Origin: a virus
Taxonomy: Duplodnaviria; Caudoviricetes
DNA length: 59,478 nucleotides
IMG/VR virus record: IMGVR_UViG_3300037313_001722
Span: 1-59,478 of that record
Strand: one strand, 5' to 3'
Part shown: one piece after another, positions 1-9,567 of the stretch
Numbering within the stretch: position 1 is the first letter of the stretch
Layout of the letters: each line of letters begins with the position of its first letter
Program-made: the position numbers and the translations under genes
The notes under the pieces: generated by a model
Database searches by the model: none
What the model was told of the DNA's origin: nothing
What the model saw: the letters and a program-made list of their open reading frames with translations, nothing else

Positions 1-500
1 GCCTCCTCCGTCACCGTGGAGTCGGTGGCGGTCTCCATGGCGTGCTCTTGCCGAATGGCCGTCAGCAGCTCGGCCATGGACGGCTTCAGCTCACCTCGGG
101 CCAGCCGGTCCATGCCGCGCTGGATGATGATCTGGTTCACCGAGCGGTAGTCGGCGAGGCCCGCCGCGTACGTCTCGATGTCCCGGCCGATGTCCTTGGC
201 CCGCGCCTCCACCAGGGCCCGCTCGGCCGTCGGGCCGATCGGCATGTGACCCTTGTTCACATGGTCCCGGATCGACTGGTATCCGGGGTTCGGGTGGACT
301 CCGGGTTTCCGGTCGGCCACCGCGTCGGCGATCTTCTGATACGACCGCTGCTCCAGGACGGCCTGCTCGATCTCCAGGCGGTACGGGCTCATGCACGTAC
401 GGCACTGGGGGACCGTCTTCATCGGGTACTTCTGGCCGTTGACCTCGATCATCACCACGCCGCCCGGACGTCCTCCGGGAAGCGCCCTACCCTGCGCCAT
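1..500 (-). CDS. Phage protein with CxxC...HxxxH motif, partial (runs off the window); possibly terminase small subunit-like
   Basis: Not in the ORF track. Manual translation from ATG 500: MAQGRALPGG...VPQCRTCMSPYRLEIEQ...IRDHVNKGHMP..., open to base 1 with GC-rich third positions. Confidence 0.65.
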   Translation of the reverse strand, partial: MAQGRALPGGRPGGVVMIEVNGQKYPMKTVPQCRTCMSPYRLEIEQAVLEQRSYQKIADAVADRKPGVHPNPGYQSIRDHVNKGHMPIGPTAERALVEARAKDIGRDIETYAAGLADYRSVNQIIIQRGMDRLARGELKPSMAELLTAIRQEHAMETATDSTVTEE

Positions 501-981
501 AAATCCTCACCACCTGGTAATGCCCTTCGTCCGGGCTCTTGCTGAACACCGATCCGCAACGGCAGACGATTTCAAGATCGTCCCTCACGAACTTCGAGCA
601 GACCGGACACTTGATCCGGATCTGCCTCCCCCACTGGATCCTGAGGTCGTAGACCTCCCCGACTTCCAGATCGTTCTCGTCACGATGGAAGTGGGGCTCG
701 CCGCCAGCGCGGAGGTCGACGGGTATCGGTACTACCCCGTCCATGCTGTTGAGGTGCCGGTGCGTCGAATTCCACGCCCGGTGGTACATGCCACGTCGCA
801 ACGCGCCATCCGGCACGCCTTCCGCCGTGTAGACCTCGCGCCGCCTTCGGTCCTGTTCCTTCCAGGGGGTGAGGATGTCCGACTTCGCGGACATGGACGT
901 CACGCCCTCCAGCGACTTCCGGATGAGTTCGGTTGCCGCGTCCTCCAGTTGCTGATGAACCCCGAAGTGAAGCTGCCCCAT
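487..981 (-). CDS. Hypothetical protein with C-terminal Zn-ribbon
   Basis: CPVC...CRCG motif; GGAGAAGG RBS upstream. Confidence 0.7.
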   Translation of the reverse strand: MGQLHFGVHQQLEDAATELIRKSLEGVTSMSAKSDILTPWKEQDRRRREVYTAEGVPDGALRRGMYHRAWNSTHRHLNSMDGVVPIPVDLRAGGEPHFHRDENDLEVGEVYDLRIQWGRQIRIKCPVCSKFVRDDLEIVCRCGSVFSKSPDEGHYQVVRIYGAG

Positions 982-1327
982 TCAGTTCCGCCTTCTCCGT
1001 CTGAAAGCGAGGCAGTTTTCCGCTCGCGATCATCTCCAGAATCTTTTCGAGGCCATGAGTGGCGTAGGACGCGACCGGGTTCGAGGCCGAGACACCCATC
1101 ATCTTCGCCACGTCACGCTCTCGTATGTTCTGGACGAGGAACAGTTCGATGGCCTGCTTTTGACGAGCGCTCAAGAAGTGACGGGCCTCGTAGAGGTACT
1201 CGATGTCGTGCAGGGAGTACTCGATGCCATCCGGCCCGGGGAGGACATCGATCCCCTCCGTCTCGTAGAGCGACCGGAATCCCTCCAGGTTCTTCATCAG
1301 AGACCTGAGCACACCCACCGTCAGCAA
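680..1327 (-). CDS. Sigma-70 region-4-like HTH protein (phage sigma factor/regulator)
   Basis: LSARQKQAIELFLVQNIRERDVAKMMGVS resembles sigma region 4; start TTG 1327 or ATG 1297; last ~100 codons overlap the next gene. Confidence 0.65.
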   Translation of the reverse strand: MLTVGVLRSLMKNLEGFRSLYETEGIDVLPGPDGIEYSLHDIEYLYEARHFLSARQKQAIELFLVQNIRERDVAKMMGVSASNPVASYATHGLEKILEMIASGKLPRFQTEKAELNGAASLRGSSATGGRGNRTHPEVAGGRDVHVREVGHPHPLEGTGPKAARGLHGGRRAGWRVATWHVPPGVEFDAPAPQQHGRGSTDTRRPPRWRRAPLPS

Positions 1328-1490
1328 GAAGTCACACGGTCCTTTCCCCGACCAGTAGACCGAGCCCCTGTAGGCGGGACGAACGGCATATGCCCGTCTG
1401 GAGGTGAGGGTAGGGGATCTTCGACCAACTGCCAACAAACCCTGGGGTAGGACACCCCAGGGCTTGTGTTCGGCGGGTCCCTCGGACCGG

Positions 1491-2168
1491 TTACGAAATC
1501 AGGACATCCTTCATCCTCTGGGACAACAGGTTCATGCTCTTCACGATCGCGTCGGCCCGCCAGGAGATGACCGTCCGGAAGATGGAGAACAGGCGGTCCT
1601 GCCGGGAGCCCGAACGGGCCGCCTGGGTCCGGTCCTCCACGGTCCTGGCGCCGGAAGCCCTGCTGTCCACGTAGTGGCGGGCCAGGGACTGCTCCCAGAC
1701 GGCCTTGGCGAACTGGGAGTCCCCCTTGAGCATCGCGGCCGTCTGCTCCCACTGGAACAGCCGGGTCGTGATTTTAAAAAGGAAGTCCTTGATCTCCTTC
1801 GACCCCAGCCGGGAGTAGTCCTCGATGTAGGCGCCGGACTCCGTCCGCTCCCACACCGGGAAGCCGTTCTCGTCCTCCTCGATCTCACCGGTGGTCGGGT
1901 TGACCTTAGGCTCCCTAACGATCTCGTAGAGGTCGTTCATCACCTGGTAGGCGCCCGCGAAGTGCTCCAGGATCACGTTGTCGATGATCTGGTGCAGGCC
2001 CGCCACGGCCTCGGCGTCCTCGTCTCCCCACTCCAGCCGCATCCGGCTCAGGCCGGTCCCGGTGTTCTCCCGGGTCCGGTCGTCGTGCGGGTCCACCTCG
2101 GGCAGCCGGTCGGCCTCCTGGGACTCCTGCCGGACGAACCGCTCGACAATCCCCTCTTCGTCGCTCAC
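1491..2168 (-). CDS. Hypothetical phage protein
   Basis: GTG start overlapping upstream stop (GTGA); protein-like from VSDEEGIVERF. Confidence 0.75.
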   Translation of the reverse strand: MSDEEGIVERFVRQESQEADRLPEVDPHDDRTRENTGTGLSRMRLEWGDEDAEAVAGLHQIIDNVILEHFAGAYQVMNDLYEIVREPKVNPTTGEIEEDENGFPVWERTESGAYIEDYSRLGSKEIKDFLFKITTRLFQWEQTAAMLKGDSQFAKAVWEQSLARHYVDSRASGARTVEDRTQAARSGSRQDRLFSIFRTVISWRADAIVKSMNLLSQRMKDVLIS

Positions 2169-2797
2169 CACAACTCCCGGTGCAGGTGCCGCAGTCCGAC
2201 GAAGACGGCGTCCCTGACGTGCTCGGTCCACTGCCCCCGGCCGTCCGGCCGCCGGTCCTCCACGAGGGTCGCCACGAGGTTGCTGGAGACGCTCTTGGGG
2301 GCGTGCCGGTCGCCGCACAGGACGGCCCCGGCGGAGTTCCGGGACACCAGCACCGGCATGGACTCCCCCATCCGGTCCAGCTCCACACAGATGGTCACGG
2401 CGGCCACGAGGGAGGACTCCGTCCGGTATCCGAAGATCGAGGGCAGCTCGATGACCACTTGCTCATACCGGCCGTAGAGCTTGTTCAGCAGCTCCTGGAG
2501 CTGCCGGGCCAGCATGACGGACTTGGTCAGCGTCAGCTCGAAGCCCTTCGACTTCGTCTCCAGCGCCGGAGGCCGGATGGTGCCGGAGTCCTGGACGGAG
2601 ATCGTCCCGTCGTCGGTGTTCACCAGCGCCCAGCCGGAGTTGCTGAGGGACTGGTCGAAGCAGAGGATCTGGGTGTCCCATCGGAAGTCGGCAGCCGTCG
2701 GCGGCCGGTAGTCCCGGGGGACCTTGACGGTCTTGGCCCGCTGCACCTCCTCGCGTATGCGCTGGAGGACCTCTTCGGGTACGAGCAGTGTGTCCAT
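2165..2797 (-). CDS. RuvC-like Holliday junction resolvase
   Basis: ILCFDQSLSNSGWALV, VVIELP and HVRDAVFVG catalytic motifs; AGGAG RBS before ATG 2797. Confidence 0.8.
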   Translation of the reverse strand: MDTLLVPEEVLQRIREEVQRAKTVKVPRDYRPPTAADFRWDTQILCFDQSLSNSGWALVNTDDGTISVQDSGTIRPPALETKSKGFELTLTKSVMLARQLQELLNKLYGRYEQVVIELPSIFGYRTESSLVAAVTICVELDRMGESMPVLVSRNSAGAVLCGDRHAPKSVSSNLVATLVEDRRPDGRGQWTEHVRDAVFVGLRHLHRELW

Positions 2798-2817
2798 GGT
2801 TTCTCCTGGCGGGATCG

Positions 2818-3663
2818 TCACATCTTCTTGATCGGACAGGTGGTCGCCGGGCACGCGACGGCCTCCTTGGAGAACGGCGGGCAGCAGATCTCCGGCGGCT
2901 CACCGGCCTCCACGGCCTCGCGCACCAGCCGGTACTTGGCCTCCAGTTGAAGGGCGTAGTGCACGTCGTACTCGACGTGGATCTCCTTCAGGAGCCACGG
3001 CAGGCCCATGCCCATGAAGAGCATGACCACCATCCGCAGGCCGGACAGGGCCATGTACTCCTGCATCTGGCCGTAGTAATACGGGTGCTTCTCGATCAAC
3101 CACTTCAGGGCCTGAGCGCTCCCCGGATCGTCCGGGATCTTCGAGACCGAGAAGTGGTTAATGGTCTTCAGGTCGTAGCCGGTCATCCCGAGCTGCGGGG
3201 TCAGGACCACGCCGTCCATGTGGCCCCGCCGCCGCAGGACCGGATCGGCCACCCCGGGCTCGTCGCACTGCCCCGGCCCCGGCCCGTACGGGCGCCCGCA
3301 GCACGGGCAGTCCCCCTTGGGGATCTGCCAGTACCTCAGGTCGATCAGAGCCATCTTGACGATGCTGTGCATGAGGGTGCCGACGGTGACCGACATGCGG
3401 CCCTCGAAGGCCCACGGCTGCGGCTCCCAGAGCTTGGGCTCCTTGAGGTAGTAGTAGAGCTGCCGGGCCGTCATGGTCGGGTGAGTGGACGGGTGGAACC
3501 AGTCGTCCGGCTCCCGGTCCGGGTTTCCGCCGGGAAGCACGATCGTCGTGTTCTGGGGGAACCGGCCCTCGCCGATGTATCTGCGCACCGCAGGCGCGAG
3601 GACGGGCCCCACCGAAGTGGAGTCCCCCTCGCGCCGCAGTGCCGTCTCAGGATCGAACGTCAT
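2818..3663 (-). CDS. Cas4-like PD-(D/E)XK exonuclease
   Basis: FHPS, GTLMH, GHMDG, YDLKT, QMQEY and a C-terminal Cys cluster. Confidence 0.8.
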   Translation of the reverse strand: MTFDPETALRREGDSTSVGPVLAPAVRRYIGEGRFPQNTTIVLPGGNPDREPDDWFHPSTHPTMTARQLYYYLKEPKLWEPQPWAFEGRMSVTVGTLMHSIVKMALIDLRYWQIPKGDCPCCGRPYGPGPGQCDEPGVADPVLRRRGHMDGVVLTPQLGMTGYDLKTINHFSVSKIPDDPGSAQALKWLIEKHPYYYGQMQEYMALSGLRMVVMLFMGMGLPWLLKEIHVEYDVHYALQLEAKYRLVREAVEAGEPPEICCPPFSKEAVACPATTCPIKKM

Positions 3664-4202
3664 CGGCAGCAGTCACAGCCGGAGTGCTCAACCCTGATAA
3701 TCGCGTCTCCTTGGATCTCCTGCCCGAGCTGGACCAGATCCCGGAACTTCCTGTCCTGCTCATCCCGGCCGATCCGCATCAGGTTGATGACGTAGTCGAC
3801 GCTCACCACGGCGTCGTCGCCGATCTCCTCCTCGATCGCCGCCCACTTCCGGGCCGCCTCCAGGAGGTCCGTGAAGAGCCCTGCCCGGATGACCGCGAGG
3901 TCCAGGTCCACCGTGAGCGGGGTCGTGGTGGCGGGCCGGTAAAAGCGCAGGAACAGCGCCGGATGCTGGTTGAAGGTCTGATCCGTGATCTTGTTCCACA
4001 TGTCGCGGGAGATCGCGATCGACTTGCCCATGGTGGACTTGCCGTCCGAGGTGATCGGGTAGGACACCAGGAACTCGCCGTTCTTGGTGTCGCCCTGGCG
4101 GTGCCACTGGGACCCCGAGGCCTTCTGCTTGATCCCCTTGGTCCACTCGGCGATGTCCGCCTCGTGGGCGTCGCCCATCTGCTGGGTCAGTTCGCGCGCC
4201 AC
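3660..4202 (-). CDS. Hjc-like PD-(D/E)XK endonuclease
   Basis: GDAHEADIA...SGSQWHRQGD...DGKST pattern; GTG start 4202. Confidence 0.6.
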   Translation of the reverse strand: MARELTQQMGDAHEADIAEWTKGIKQKASGSQWHRQGDTKNGEFLVSYPITSDGKSTMGKSIAISRDMWNKITDQTFNQHPALFLRFYRPATTTPLTVDLDLAVIRAGLFTDLLEAARKWAAIEEEIGDDAVVSVDYVINLMRIGRDEQDRKFRDLVQLGQEIQGDAIIRVEHSGCDCCR

Positions 4203-4561
4203 AGTTGCTCCTTCACGCTCTCGCAGTAGACGGCGACGTGCAGCAGGTTCATCGGGCCGGTCTCCGGCCAGGTGAGCACCTTCTCGCCGGGGTGAATCCT
4301 CCGGCCGTGGCAGACGCATTTCTTGGCAATCCCGGGGATGTCCGGGTCGTACGCCTGCCACTCCGGGAAGAGGCCGTCGGTGATGGTCCGGGGCTTGTCG
4401 GCCCTCCACTTCCGGCGCAGGACGATCCGGCGCTGAATCCGGAAGGCCATCGGAACGGCCAGGGCCATGGAGATCCCGACCAGGAGTCCGGTCACGAAGA
4501 GCGTGGCCTGGAACAGCCAGGTGACGATGTCGATTACGGCGGCAAGGGTTTCCATGGTCAT
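4187..4561 (-). CDS. Small membrane protein with Cys/His-containing C-terminus
   Basis: N-terminal hydrophobic helix; CVCHG...YC; ATGA overlap with recA stop. Confidence 0.65.
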   Translation of the reverse strand: MTMETLAAVIDIVTWLFQATLFVTGLLVGISMALAVPMAFRIQRRIVLRRKWRADKPRTITDGLFPEWQAYDPDIPGIAKKCVCHGRRIHPGEKVLTWPETGPMNLLHVAVYCESVKEQLWRAN

Positions 4562-5652
4562 CCCCGTCGGATCTCGAACTTGACTTCGGCCTCTACAGCG
4601 GGCTGCTCGGACTTCTCCAGGATGGCGGCCCGGACGGCCTCCAGGGCCTTCTCGTCCTCCCGCAGGCGGCGCATGACGGCCTTCTCGCCGTTCTCCTTCG
4701 AGCCGTCCGGGAAGAACCACCAGGAGCTGGTCTCCTTCTCCTTGTACAGCGCCCCGATCTTCATGGCGCGGTCCATGGTCTCCATGACCGCGTCGATGCC
4801 GACGGTGCCGTGCTCGGAGTCAACCTTGTGGTACCAGAACTCAGTCTTCTTGCCCTGGGCCACGAGCTTGGACCGCTCCACCCGGGCGGCCACCTTGTGG
4901 GCCACCTCGATGTCCGTGCCCTGGTCGTCCTTGACGGTCAGGATGTTCTCCGCGCCGCTCATCTTGCGCATCACCACGGAGTCCGTGGTCATGTAGCCCA
5001 TGATGATCGGGCCGGACGCCTTGTCATAGCCGGACTCGAAGTCCTTGCGGTACTGATTGACCTGCATCACGGCGGTGTTGGTCTGCCGGGAGATGCTCGC
5101 GACCTGCTTGGACATGCGGGTCAGGAGCTGGGCGGCCCGGCCCATGGTGACCTCGGAGGCCGTCTTCTCGTACAGCGTGTCCTCGCGCTCCATGGCTCCC
5201 ACCGAGTCGAGCGCGACGAAGGAGAACAGGCCGGTGCGCATGTCCTCGCGGAGCATGTCCACCACCTCCTCGGCGGAGTTGGGCTTCCGCCAGAAGAACC
5301 GGGGGTCGTCCGGGTCCAGGCCGTGGTCCAGAAAGCGCTCGTCGGTGACAGTGTTCTCGACGTCGATGTACGAAACGCCCTTGTCCGGGTACTGCTCCAG
5401 GGCGTTGATCATGGCGATGATCACCATGGCGGTCTTGCAGGATCCCGGCTGGCCGAGGACCTGGTGGTACCGGCCCCGAGCCCAGCCGCCTCCCAGCGCC
5501 GCGTCCAGACCGGCGACGCCGGTGGAGATGAAGTCCAGGGACCTCTCCTCCTTCTGTCGGACGAGCTGGGTGGGGTACTTCTTCTCCTGGGACGCCCGGA
5601 ACGCGGTGAGCGACGCGGGCGGCGTGTAAGCCTTCTTCGGCTTCGCAGGCAT
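4558..5652 (-). CDS. recA: RecA/UvsX-like recombinase
   Basis: ISTGVAGLDAALGGG, Walker A GQPGSCKT, YIDVE, VALDSVGA, VNQYR. Confidence 0.95.
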   Translation of the reverse strand: MPAKPKKAYTPPASLTAFRASQEKKYPTQLVRQKEERSLDFISTGVAGLDAALGGGWARGRYHQVLGQPGSCKTAMVIIAMINALEQYPDKGVSYIDVENTVTDERFLDHGLDPDDPRFFWRKPNSAEEVVDMLREDMRTGLFSFVALDSVGAMEREDTLYEKTASEVTMGRAAQLLTRMSKQVASISRQTNTAVMQVNQYRKDFESGYDKASGPIIMGYMTTDSVVMRKMSGAENILTVKDDQGTDIEVAHKVAARVERSKLVAQGKKTEFWYHKVDSEHGTVGIDAVMETMDRAMKIGALYKEKETSSWWFFPDGSKENGEKAVMRRLREDEKALEAVRAAILEKSEQPAVEAEVKFEIRRG

Positions 5653-5659
5653 GGTGCTC

Positions 5660-8600
5660 CTAGTGAACTGGCAGGTATTCCTGGACGATGAAGCCCTTGT
5701 CGTCTTCCTGCTTCTCCAGGACGACGAGGCAGAGCTGACCGGTGGTAAGGCCGGTCTGGATCTCCGTCCACTTGCGAGGAAAGCAGACGGCCTCCACGGT
5801 CGACAGCTCGGTGTCGAGCGTCAGGAAGGCCATCTCGTCCCCGCTGGCGCGGGTCTTGGTCTTGCGGATCCCCATCAGGATCGCGGCCACCGTGTAGAGC
5901 CTTCCGGCGGCCCCGTCGATCATCGCCTCGGCGTCCCCGTAGAGCCGCTCGCGGTCCTCTGGGTCCAGCCGGTCGAACGGCGTGGACGAGAGGAACACCC
6001 CGAGCAGCTCGTGCTCGATGGCGCGTATCGCCTCGTCGTCGTACGGCTCGACCGAGGACAGGTCCATCGGGTCCGGCGCCTTGTACTGGCGACAGGCCTT
6101 GGTGCACCTCTTCGGCGGGGGCTTGGGCTTGAGCTTCTTGCCGGTGCGAGGGTTGAGCGGCACGGACTCCGACGACCAGTCGAAGGAGCAGGGCAGGCCG
6201 GTCTCCTTGCTCAGGATCGGGATCTTGCGCACGCACACCGAGTCCTCGCCGGACTTGCGGTCCTCCAGCATCTTCACCAGGGCCGACCGGCGGGGCTCCA
6301 GGGAGTCCAGGGCGCCGATCCGGGCCAGCAGCATCTGGACGGCCGCGTTGGCCTTGGAGCCCTTCTGGGTCACGTACTCCTCGAAGGCCTCGTAGCTCGC
6401 GTAGGGCTGACCGGCGATCAGGTAGTCCACGGCGATCTCGCCGATGCCCTTGATCGCGTCCAGGCCGTACCGGACCGCGAGAGACTCCGCCTTGAAGCCC
6501 TTGCCGGAGGCGTTGATGTCCGGCGGCAGGACGGTATACCCGGCCCGGCGGACCTCCTTGATGAACTCGGGGATCCGGTCCTTGTCGATGGTGCTCAGGG
6601 CCGCCGTGAAGAACTCCACCGGATAGTGGAACTTCAGCCACGCCGTCCAGTACGCGAGGACCGCGTACGCGTAGGCGTGGGCCTTGCCGAAGGAGTACTT
6701 GGCGAACTCTGCCATCTGGTCCCACAGGTGGGACGCGGCCTCGCGCTCCATGCCGTTCTGCACGGCCCGGGAGACGAACTCCTGGCCCGCCGGGCCGATC
6801 TTCTCGATCTTCTTCTTGCCGAGGATCTTGCGGACCTCGTCCGCCTCGTCCGAGGTGTAGCCGCCCAGCAGGATGCAGGCCTGCATGATCTGCTCCTGGT
6901 AGATCATGCATCCCCACGTCGGACCGAGGACCTGCTCCATGCGCGGGTCCGGGTAGCTCACCGGCTCCAGCCCGGCCCGCCGCTTGAGGTAGGTCTCGGT
7001 CAGGCCGGACCGCATCGGGCCCGGCCGGACGAGGGTGATCATGTCGCACAGCTCCGGCAGGGACCGAGGGGCCATCCGCTGGCACAGCCGGGTTCCGGCG
7101 TGGGTCTCGATCTGGAAGATCCCCAGCGTCTTGGCCGCCGCGACCTCGTCCCACACCTGCGGGTCGGAGTACTCCTCCTTCCAGGAGTAGATCTCCACGT
7201 CGACCCCACGGTGCTCCTTGATCAGGTCGACCGCCATCTGGATCGTGTCCAGCGTCCTGATGGTCAGGATGTCGAACTTGACCAGACCGATGGCCTCCAG
7301 GGTCCCCATGTCGAACTGGGTGACCATGTTGCCGTCGTCCTCGCCGGAGGTCAGCGGGAGCCAGCTCGTCAGCGATCGGCCAGTGGAGATCACCACGCCC
7401 GCCGCGTGCTTGCCGTAGGACTTCAGGCGCCCCTGGAGCCGGTCGGCCATGTCGAAGAGTTCCGGGTACTTCTCGCGGTACGGCTGGAGGTCGTCCCCGA
7501 ACTGTGCCCACAGGTCGTCCCAGGCCATGCCCAGACCGGCCTTGTCGGACTCGGCGTTGTCGATGATCTTCGACACCGCCTTCATGTCCGCCTCGATCTC
7601 GGCCTTCTTGGCCGAGAGGGCCTCCCGGGCGACCTGCACGGCCATGGCGTCCACGTAGTCGTTGTTGTTCGCCAGGGCGTGATCCAGCACCCTCTGCTCG
7701 TCAGTCACCAGGACGGACATCATGGCCCGCTTCAGGTCCTTGACGATGCCTTTGGACTTCAGCCGCAGGTGGGTTCCGATCTGGACCACCTGGTCGGCGC
7801 CGTACTTCTCCCGCAGGTACCCGAGCATCTCGTCCTTCTTGGACGCCGGGAAGTCGCAGTCGAAGTCCGGCAGAGACGTCCGGCCCTCGGTCATGAACCG
7901 CTCGAAGGGGAGGTCTCCCTCCACCGGGTCGATCTCGGTGATGTCGCAGAGGTAGGCCACCAGGGAACCGCCGCCGGATCCCCGGCCGGGGCCGACCAGG
8001 ATTCCGTTCGACTTCGCCCACCGGCAGTAGTCCGAGACCATCAGGAAGTACCCGCAGAAGTCCTTCTGCTGGAGCAATTTAAATTCCCGCTCGAACCGCT
8101 CGATGTAGACGGCCTGGTCGTCCTGCTTGCCGGTTACCTTCTGCCAGTTCTCCAGGCAGAGGTCTAGAAGCCGCTCCGCGTCCCTCTCGTGACCACCCTT
8201 CTTCGAGAAGACCGGCGGTTCAGGAGAACCCCCAATGCGCGCACTCGTCCGCGAGACGAGGTCGAGCGAGTTACGGACTGCTTCATCGACCACCTCAGCA
8301 CCGAGGTATGCCAGCCCGCGCCGCACGCTCTCCTCGTCCTGGACGTAAAGATCGAGGTTGACCGCAAAGAGGTCTCCCTCGTCGTTGACGTCGGAGTTCG
8401 TCTGGATGGCGATCCAGGCCTCGTGGGCATCGTGGTCCTCCTTGCGGGGGTAGTGGGAGTCCACGGTGGCCATGAGCGGCACCCCGAACTCCTTGGCCAT
8501 GCCGACCAGCCCCCGGTTCACCTTCTCCTGCTCCGCGAGGGAGTTGGGCTGGATCTCCAGGTAGAACCGGTCGCCGTAGATGTCCAGGAGCTTGCCCAGG

Positions 8601-9490
8601 TTGGCCCTGGCGGCCTCCTCGTCGTCGTTCAGGATCGGGACGGACAGAGGGCCACGGAGGCAGCCGGAGGCCGCCATGATGCCCTCGGAGTGCCTCCTGA
8701 GGGTGTCCCAGTCCATCCGGGGCCGGAAGTACCGGCCGTCGCGGAACGACTCCGTGGACATGGCCCACAGGTTGTGCAGGCCCTCGTCGTTCATGGCCCA
8801 CAGGATCAAGTGCCAGTAGTCGTTCTTGAGCCGCTTCACGGCGTCGGAGTCGCCGGGCTCCGGCCGCTCCAGCCGGTCGTTCACGAAGTAGGCCTCGATG
8901 CCGAAGATCGGCTTGATGCCCGCCTTGTCGCAGACGATCTGGAGTTCCGGGTGACCGGAGACCCGTCCGTGGTCGGTGAGGGCCAGGCCGGGCTGGCCAT
9001 GCTTGACCACCTCGTCAACAATCTCGGAGATCTTCGACAGGCCGTCCAGCGGGCTGTACTCGGCGTGCGTGTGACCGTGCACGAAGCCGGTCGCGCTGGC
9101 GGAGGTCGCCACCACGATCTGTCCGGGCTGGGCGGAGAACAGCTCGGTGTAGGTAGGGACGTGGTCGAAGACGGTCCAGAACTGCTGACTGGGCACCTCG
9201 TAGTTGGGCCTGCGCTCCACCCGGCACTCGGCGAACTTCTCCGCCGTCATCGCCCAGTAGTTGTTCTCCCAGTTCGGGTCCTCGGGGAACTGGTTGACGA
9301 CGAGAAGGGCCGCAGCCCCGGCCGCCGTGGCACGGGCCCACAAGGGCGCGTGGATCTGTCCGGGGCCCTGGGTCAGAAGCCACCGGATGCCGTCCTCGTC
9401 GTCCTCCAGGAGCGACGGGACGGGAAAGGTACGCCCGTTCAGGACCACGGTGTAGGTGTGGTCGGAGGCGTACGACTCGATGAGTCTCAT
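5660..9490 (-). CDS. dnaE: DNA polymerase III alpha subunit
   Basis: PHP motifs (HTHAEYSPLDG, LTDHG, GIEAY), GPGRGSGGGSL, PDFDCDF, HAAGVV, YSFGKAHA, C-terminal OB fold. Confidence 0.97.
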   Translation of the reverse strand: MRLIESYASDHTYTVVLNGRTFPVPSLLEDDEDGIRWLLTQGPGQIHAPLWARATAAGAAALLVVNQFPEDPNWENNYWAMTAEKFAECRVERRPNYEVPSQQFWTVFDHVPTYTELFSAQPGQIVVATSASATGFVHGHTHAEYSPLDGLSKISEIVDEVVKHGQPGLALTDHGRVSGHPELQIVCDKAGIKPIFGIEAYFVNDRLERPEPGDSDAVKRLKNDYWHLILWAMNDEGLHNLWAMSTESFRDGRYFRPRMDWDTLRRHSEGIMAASGCLRGPLSVPILNDDEEAARANLGKLLDIYGDRFYLEIQPNSLAEQEKVNRGLVGMAKEFGVPLMATVDSHYPRKEDHDAHEAWIAIQTNSDVNDEGDLFAVNLDLYVQDEESVRRGLAYLGAEVVDEAVRNSLDLVSRTSARIGGSPEPPVFSKKGGHERDAERLLDLCLENWQKVTGKQDDQAVYIERFEREFKLLQQKDFCGYFLMVSDYCRWAKSNGILVGPGRGSGGGSLVAYLCDITEIDPVEGDLPFERFMTEGRTSLPDFDCDFPASKKDEMLGYLREKYGADQVVQIGTHLRLKSKGIVKDLKRAMMSVLVTDEQRVLDHALANNNDYVDAMAVQVAREALSAKKAEIEADMKAVSKIIDNAESDKAGLGMAWDDLWAQFGDDLQPYREKYPELFDMADRLQGRLKSYGKHAAGVVISTGRSLTSWLPLTSGEDDGNMVTQFDMGTLEAIGLVKFDILTIRTLDTIQMAVDLIKEHRGVDVEIYSWKEEYSDPQVWDEVAAAKTLGIFQIETHAGTRLCQRMAPRSLPELCDMITLVRPGPMRSGLTETYLKRRAGLEPVSYPDPRMEQVLGPTWGCMIYQEQIMQACILLGGYTSDEADEVRKILGKKKIEKIGPAGQEFVSRAVQNGMEREAASHLWDQMAEFAKYSFGKAHAYAYAVLAYWTAWLKFHYPVEFFTAALSTIDKDRIPEFIKEVRRAGYTVLPPDINASGKGFKAESLAVRYGLDAIKGIGEIAVDYLIAGQPYASYEAFEEYVTQKGSKANAAVQMLLARIGALDSLEPRRSALVKMLEDRKSGEDSVCVRKIPILSKETGLPCSFDWSSESVPLNPRTGKKLKPKPPPKRCTKACRQYKAPDPMDLSSVEPYDDEAIRAIEHELLGVFLSSTPFDRLDPEDRERLYGDAEAMIDGAAGRLYTVAAILMGIRKTKTRASGDEMAFLTLDTELSTVEAVCFPRKWTEIQTGLTTGQLCLVVLEKQEDDKGFIVQEYLPVH

Positions 9491-9567
9491 GGGTCCTCCC
9501 TGGCGGGATCAGGACGGCCACCCACCCCATGCAGCAGGGCGGGTGGCCGTCAGGGCGTGAGGGAGGG

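Noticed and set aside
2818-3663. Cas4-like gene as evidence of CRISPR-Cas
   Set aside because: No repeat-spacer array or other cas genes; solo Cas4-like nucleases are common in phages
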